DNA of 64,000 bases from positions 68,386,001-68,450,000 of the forward strand of contig NC_042997.1 of NCBI RefSeq assembly GCF_006345805.1, written 5' to 3'. The translations under genes were made by a program, and so were the position numbers. Below the pieces are notes generated by a model. It was not told the DNA's origin and made no database searches. It worked only from the letters and a program-made list of their open reading frames with translations. Source of the stretch: Octopus sinensis (Eukaryota). Shown piece after piece: positions 57,451-64,000 of this stretch (positions within the stretch are counted from its first letter, which is position 1; every line of letters begins with the position of its first letter).

Positions 57451-58490
57451 TATATATATATATGTAAACAAGAACATAGAACTAAGAACATTAGTATATA
57501 TTTGTTTTTATTAATATTCAGCAGAAGCAACTGAGTAACTCAGCGGCCGGGATTTTCGCGCGTTGGTACTTATCGAACCAGTTACAGTTCGATGAGTATG
57601 TACATTGTATGGATATTCATCAACACTTAAATGCATGTGTGTTAATATGCACAAATTTTTCTTTATTTACGTATGTTTTTACTTATTAAACACCATAACA
57701 GACAAACTATTTGAAAAATATGAATTGTCCACGAGACATTGCAGTCATGGCTTGATGTTGGTATATAGGTAACAGTTAGTTTGATGTTGGTATATGGCGA
57801 ACAGGAAACTGATCATGTGGAGGACTGGAAATAGAGCACGTGGCGAGTAGAAATTGGTCAGGTTCTTGGAAGGAGGAAGTAGGAAGGGGAGGCATGTGCA
57901 AACATATAGTTCTATATGTGGGTGTGCAGACGCGCTCATATAGTTTTGCGTGCATATGTATATTGATGCGAGTGTGAGCATCCCTACATGGGTGCACATG
58001 GGCACGTCTGCACACACACACACACACACACATTTGAACAAACACACACGTACACACATACACGTGTATATGCACGCATGCACACGCATCCACGCATACA
58101 CACACATGCGTATTCATTCATATGTACATATGTATATTCACATGCATGTACGCATGCATACCAGTGAGCCCACACACACGCATGCTCGTGCACATGTGTA
58201 TTCTCACGCGCGAGTGCGCGATCATACACGCGCAAATCAAGTGTTGGCGGTTGGTAAACGTTGGGGATTGGTAAATGGTGGTCCTGTTCATGGGGTTGAT
58301 TTTGTAGCGGTGACCTTGGTGCAGGCGGTGACCAGCCTTCAATTTGAATTTCCGTTCCTAAGTTAATCGGAAACATAGATTGCCGTGCTACTTATAAATC
58401 TTCTTGGTAGTTCAATTATTTGGTGAAAAAAATACCACCAAAGCAACTTAAACCGTCCAAATACGTGTGCGTTTGCTAGTATATATATAT

Positions 58491-58702
58491 ATTTCTTTAT
58501 TGCCCACAAGGGGCTAAACATAGAGGAGACAAACAAAGAGATTAAGTCGATTACATCGACCCCAGTGCGTAACTGGTACTTTATTTATCGACCCCGAAAG
58601 GATGAAAGGCAAAGTCGACCTCGGCGGAATTTGAACTCAGAACGTAGCGGCAGACGAAATACCGCTGAGCATTTCGCCCGGCGCGCTAACGTTTCTGCCA
58701 GC
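58491..58702 (-). mobile_element. Type A SINE, close to the apparent family consensus
   Basis: ATTTCTTTATTGCCCACAAGGGGCTAAAC...GGAATTTGAACTCAGAACGTAGCGGCAGACGAAATACCGC. Confidence 0.9.
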
Positions 58703-58900
58703 CAGTATACAGCTAGTATACACGAGTAAGCACACGGATGCAAAAGAGGGTGGAAAAAAATAATACTCGAATGTATACTCGAATGCTGAAGGATGACTAA
58801 CTTGGTTATATTAAAGCTGCAAAAATCTTCACAAACTGTTAGTCAGAGTTTCACGTATCCGTTCGTCGGACAGATGTGATGAATACTATGTGTGTGTGCA

Positions 58901-58957
<57 letters not shown>

Positions 58958-59709
58958 TGTGTGTGTGTGCGTGTGTGAGTCATAACTCCACGTAGATTAT
59001 CATTATCTCTTCAGCTTCCAATACAGTAGTTAGTGTACTTACAGTACTAAGTAGTGATAATGGTTATCATATACAAAGCATGTGTTGTGGGAAATTACGA
59101 TAAACACCAGTATAAATATTTTTGTTCCAATGTACGTTTCACCATTTCAGTTATTTGGAACTCAGCATTAGATGTTCCAGAGCATTTGAATATCTGGTTG
59201 CATAGGATGATCAGGGGAATGCATTCTGTTTCTGAGAACAAATATCTGAAGCTTGGTACATAGCGAGGTAATTTTTAAGTGCTTAGAGAAGTGGAAAAGA
59301 AGCAAGTAAGTCGTGGAAAGAAAGAAAAAAAGGAAGAGGGAAAAGAGTGATAAAGTAATAGGATAAAAGGGCGAAGGTATACTAGTAAATAATTAAATAA
59401 AAACACTAAATAAATGACTGCATAAATAAATACATAAATGAAATATGTAAATACAAAGGCACACACACTCTCTCTCTCCCTCTCTCTCACGCACACACAT
59501 ACCCTATCTTAATATTCGAACACTGTAACAGAATGTAATTAAATATTCCCCAGATGATACATTGCTATTAAGTATATGAATGCATTTGGAACATCGAATT
59601 TTGAATTCTAAATAACTGCAATATTGAAACGTACGTAGGAACTAAATAGCGATACCGGTATTTATCTTAATTCTATGCCTGCCTCTCTCTCTCTCTCTCT
59701 CTCTTTCCC

Positions 59710-59938
59710 TTTCCGTATATATTCTTTTATTCTTTTACTTGTTTCGGTCATTTGACTACGACCATGCTGGAGCACCGACTTTAGTCGAACCAGGATTTAT
59801 TCTTTACAAGCCTAGTACTTATTCTATCGGTTTATTTTGCAGAACCGCTAAGTTACGGGGACGTAAACACACCAACATCGGTTGTCAGGCGATAGTGAGG
59901 AACAAACACAGACACACAACTACACACACACACAATCG

Positions 59939-60001
<63 letters not shown>

Positions 60002-60150
60002 GACGGACGTCTTTCACTTTTCGTCTATCAAATCCACTCACAAAACTCTGGTTGTTCCGAGGCTATAGCAGTAGACACAAGCCCAAGGTGTTATGCAGTG
60101 GGATCTAACCTGGAACCATGTGATTGACAAGCTTCTTACTACACAGCCAC
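59710..60150 (-). mobile_element. Type B SINE
   Basis: Tail, central (CA)n/(TA)n and head ...AAGCTTCTTACTACACAGCCAC. Confidence 0.85.
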
Positions 60151-60207
60151 TCCTGCGTCTACATATATACATACATACATACATACATACATACATACAT
60201 ACATACA

Positions 60208-60239
<32 letters not shown>

Positions 60240-60256
60240 CATACATACATACAAAC

Positions 60257-60366
<110 letters not shown>

Positions 60367-60867
60367 CAGGATTATTCAAAAAGAATGAACTGATTTCATT
60401 ACGCAATATTTTAATAAGGAAAAGCAATAGAAATCTCCAGCTAAGTCACAACTATTTACTCACAATCAACTTACATTTCCTGTCTTACAAGTGTTCAATA
60501 TGGCCACCACCTCCAGCACGGCAACATCAATTCGAAAAGAAAATTCCAGCCTATCACGATCCACTGAGTACTTATTTTGCTGTCTAGTTGAATGCTTTAC
60601 CGAAGTTTTCCATTTCCGTTCTTAGTCAATATCTTCTGGAATCGCTTCAAGCAAAGCAAAATTATTCTTTAGTTCTATAATGAACTTGCTTTTGATATCC
60701 TGATACGCGTCTGGGAAGAATTCCCTTATCGCAGGTGGTGGCCACATTGAACACTTGTAAGACAGGAAATAAAAGTTAATACTTGTGATTTAGCTGGAGT
60801 TTTCTAATGCTTTTTCTTTTTAAAATATTGCGCAATGAAATAGGTTCGTTCTTTTTGAATAACCCTG
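60367..60867. mobile_element. Tc1/mariner-type MITE with ~140-bp TIRs
   Basis: TA-CAGGATTATTCAAAAAG...GGCCACCACCT versus AGGTGGTGGCC...CTTTTTGAATAACCCTG-TA. Confidence 0.85.
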
Positions 60868-60894
60868 TAAAAAAAAATATATATATATTATATA

Positions 60895-63129
60895 TGTGTG
60901 TGTTTGTGTGTGTGTGTGTGTGTGTGTATGTGTGCATTTGTGTGTTTGTGTGTATTTGTGTTGTTTGTATTCTTGTGTGCTTGTCGCCCTGCATCACCCT
61001 TATTTTCATGGGTGACTGGAAATAAGTGTTTGTTCAGAGTTTGAATATTAAAATAGAGCATGTGTGTGTGTGTGTAAGGACACACGCCACCTACGTGTGT
61101 ATCTATGTACATATATGTATTGTATTTCATTTATGTATTTACTTATTGTCCCAAATTTTGATACAAAGGTAGCAATATCGGAGGAGGATTGAGTCGATTA
61201 CATCGATCACAACGCTCATCTGGTTCTTATTTTATCGATCTCAAAATGATGAACGGCATTGTAGGCCTCGGTGATATTTGAACACATGGACGAAATACCG
61301 CTATGCATTTTTTCTCTACGCGATAATGATTCTGCCAGTTCACCCCCTTGCTAGTGATAACAATGAAAATAAATAAATAAATAAATAAAAGCAAACAATC
61401 AAAAACATAAAAAACAATGATTTTGACCAACCCCATTAAGTACAGTGTTGGTGTTTGATGGATGTAAAACCTCCTTAGCTTTGGCTTACATCCATCCTTG
61501 ATATGGTATACCGACAAAGCGTCTAGTAACTGTAACCTTCTCAGAGATGATGTCTCAATAGAAACCCTATTGACTGTATTACTTAGCTCAATATTTCCTA
61601 TGATTGAATGGAATTGAGCAGTGCATTAGGCAACATTAACGACACAAGTGGGAGTGGAATCTCATGGGAAACTGCTATGTCTAGCAGGTATGTTGTGCTA
61701 AAGGAAGCAGCAGCCGGTCGTTATTCAATATTGCTCGAACAAAAGGTCATGGTGTGTGGAAATGGACTGAGAAGGGTTATACTGGTGTGGCAGAGCTGAG
61801 TGCTAGGAATGAAGATACTAACGATGTAGGTATAGAATACTCACAAACTGGAAAACAAAGGTGAGTTTGAATTGTTGCAAGTGAGCATAATTTAACGATT
61901 TTTGCTAATCTTAGTTGAAATAGAAAGCATGCAGAAAAATATCAATGAGGTGCCGTTAGATATCAAGTAAGAGAAGGAAGACATGGTAGATATTGAAAAT
62001 ATAAATGAAACCATTATGATTTGTAAATAAGAAAATGAAAACCGTTTTCACCACATTTATTCTGTCCGGCCTCGTACTTAAGATTACACTGGTCTGAGGA
62101 TTCCCCGATATTTCTAGCTTATATGATTTATTTCATATAACTAATAATCATATACTCTTATTTATAAAACATACGTTATGTAAAGAAACTGAGTATTTCA
62201 TAAGCAATGTTATATTTCCTATGTACACACTACATAATATAAACCACATAAGTTAGAATTATGGTGAAATCTTAAGTGTAACCTTTATACGTAACACTAC
62301 TTCATTGTAAAATTCTTGGCAGAACTAACCATCAAGGAGAACCACGATTGTTACTTCTGTCAAGTAACAATCCCAGTATTGTATGTATAAAAATTAACTC
62401 TGAAGATTCGATAATATGTCTTAATTATGTAACTTATATTATGTAACTAATACTCATTTTCAGTTATGAAATGTATTTAAGAATGTGAAACTAAATATCT
62501 CAAAATACCTGCCATTCTTTGTTTTATTTTCTAAATGTACACTGTGAATATTCAAACGTTAAATGAAACCAGTGCATAGCATGAACGGGAATATATAAGG
62601 TGGCCTAAATACAAATTATTTGCCGCGTAAATTGAATTTAAAAATACACAAAATTAAATAAAAAACTATACGTGACTATATATTCTTATGAATATGTATG
62701 TACTGCATACATACTCGCACCACCATATAGATACTCATACCACGCTTATTCACAAACAAATATATTATCCTAAATTCTTCATTACGTAATCTCTGAAGAA
62801 CAAGCTCTCTAGCATTTTGTTCAAAATATATTTATTTTCGTTTAGAATATTGTGTAACAAATCTAGCTGTATTTTGTTTTTGATATTTACTACGGTTTCA
62901 ACTTAAATGTTAAAAAAGAAAATGTGTATGAATTTTGGAATTCAACTCCGTATCAGCGTTTGTCCAGCATAAATACGATTCATTTATACATACATACAAC
63001 ATGCATACACACACACGCACACCACACGCACACACGTGCGCTCACGCACACACCACGCACAGACACACACACGCATGCATGTATATATTTGCATGCAATA
63101 CGTGTGGTGTGTGAGTGTGTGCATATGTG

Positions 63130-63164
<35 letters not shown>

Positions 63165-64000
63165 GTGTATGTGTGGCATTTGTGTGTTTGTGTGTATTTG
63201 TGTTGTTTGTATTCTTGTGTGCTTGTCGCCCTGCATCACCCTTATTTTCATGGGTGACTGGAAATAAGTGTTTGTTCAGAGTTTGAATATTAAAATAGAG
63301 CATGTGTGTGTGTGTGTAAGGACACACGCCACCTACGTGTGTATCTATGTACATATATGTATTGTATTTCATTTATGTATTTACTTATTGTCCCAAATTT
63401 TGATACAAAGGTAGCAATATCGGAGGAGGATTGAGTCGATTACATCGATCACAACGCTCATCTGGTTCTTATTTTATCGATCTCAAAATGATGAACGGCA
63501 TTGTAGGCCTCGGTGATATTTGAACACATGGACGAAATACCGCTATGCATTTTTTCTCTACGCGATAATGATTCTGCCAGTTCACCCCCTTGCTAGTGAT
63601 AACAATGAAAATAAATAAATAAATAAATAAAAGCAAACAATCAAAAACATAAAAAACAATGATTTTGACCAACCCCATTAAGTACAGTGTTGGTGTTTGA
63701 TGGATGTAAAACCTCCTTAGCTTTGGCTTACATCCATCCTTGATATGGTATACCGACAAAGCGTCTAGTAACTGTAACCTTCTCAGAGATGATGTCTCAA
63801 TAGAAACCCTATTGACTGTATTACTTAGCTCAATATTTCCTATGATTGAATGGAATTGAGCAGTGCATTAGGCAACATTAACGACACAAGTGGGAGTGGA
63901 ATCTCATGGGAAACTGCTATGTCTAGCAGGTATGTTGTGCTAAAGGAAGCAGCAGCCGGTCGTTATTCAATATTGCTCGAACAAAAGGGTCATGGTGTGT
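60895..64000 (+). repeat. Near-identical direct duplication, period 2242 bp (60895-61758 = 63137-64000, running off the window)
   Basis: Identical ORFs at 61227-61517 and 63469-63759; only 1-bp indels noticed. Confidence 0.92.
61688..61860 (+). CDS. Candidate internal exon (unverified)
   Basis: CAG|GTA... 173 nt open frame VCCAKGSSSRSLFNIARTKGHGVWKWTEKGYTGVAELSARNEDTNDVGIEYSQTGKQ ending AAG|GTGAGT; weak polypyrimidine tract; no recognisable homology. Confidence 0.2.

Noticed and set aside
57567-57598. 12-bp hairpin TACTTATCGAAC/GTTCGATGAGTA
   Set aside because: Isolated; probably a transposon terminus remnant with no further support.
58836-58873. Hammerhead-like relic on the minus strand (CCGACGA...GTGAAACTC)
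   Set aside because: Core U4 is mutated and stems I and II are not pairable; decayed at best.
59090-59240. Minus-strand ECIPLIILCNQIFKCSGTSNAE resembling LDLa cysteine spacing
   Set aside because: Lacks the upstream cysteines and the acidic D-x-S-D-E motif; likely chance.
61457-61496. 11-bp hairpin GATGGATGTAA/TTACATCCATC
   Set aside because: Stem too short for a pre-miRNA and no known mature sequence recognised.

Overview
AT-rich, microsatellite-dense eukaryotic genomic DNA. The SINE families and repeat landscape look like coleoid cephalopod, most likely Octopus; this is recognition from memory, not a database check. No host protein-coding gene can be confidently identified, so the window reads as intronic or intergenic, with a few weak candidate exons. 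It is dominated by transposon remains: two R4/Dong-clade RLE LINEs, another RLE LINE 3' end, a young CR1-like LINE 3' half, a Tx1-clade 3' end, RTE and other LINE tails, Penelope-like (PLE) fragments, a full-length defective Tc1, Tigger/pogo and mariner/maT remnants, long-TIR MITEs, Helentron/DINE-1-like elements and more than 20 tRNA-derived SINEs. The most interesting signal is a nested, concentric inverted-repeat structure at 38.75-41.07 kb. It is built from two PLE-type termini inserted into (TA)n, and each carries a minimal hammerhead ribozyme motif, on opposite strands. Other points of interest: a pseudoknot-forming R4 LINE 5' UTR, tandem hammerhead-like relics in an RLE LINE 3' UTR, a covarying 3' stem-loop shared by a SINE and a LINE, a near-perfect copy-specific inverted duplication (possible dsRNA/ADAR substrate), locally templated insertions and two recent local duplications. 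Almost all ORFs in the supplied track are microsatellite artefacts or transposon fragments. Coordinates were counted by hand and element boundaries are approximate.
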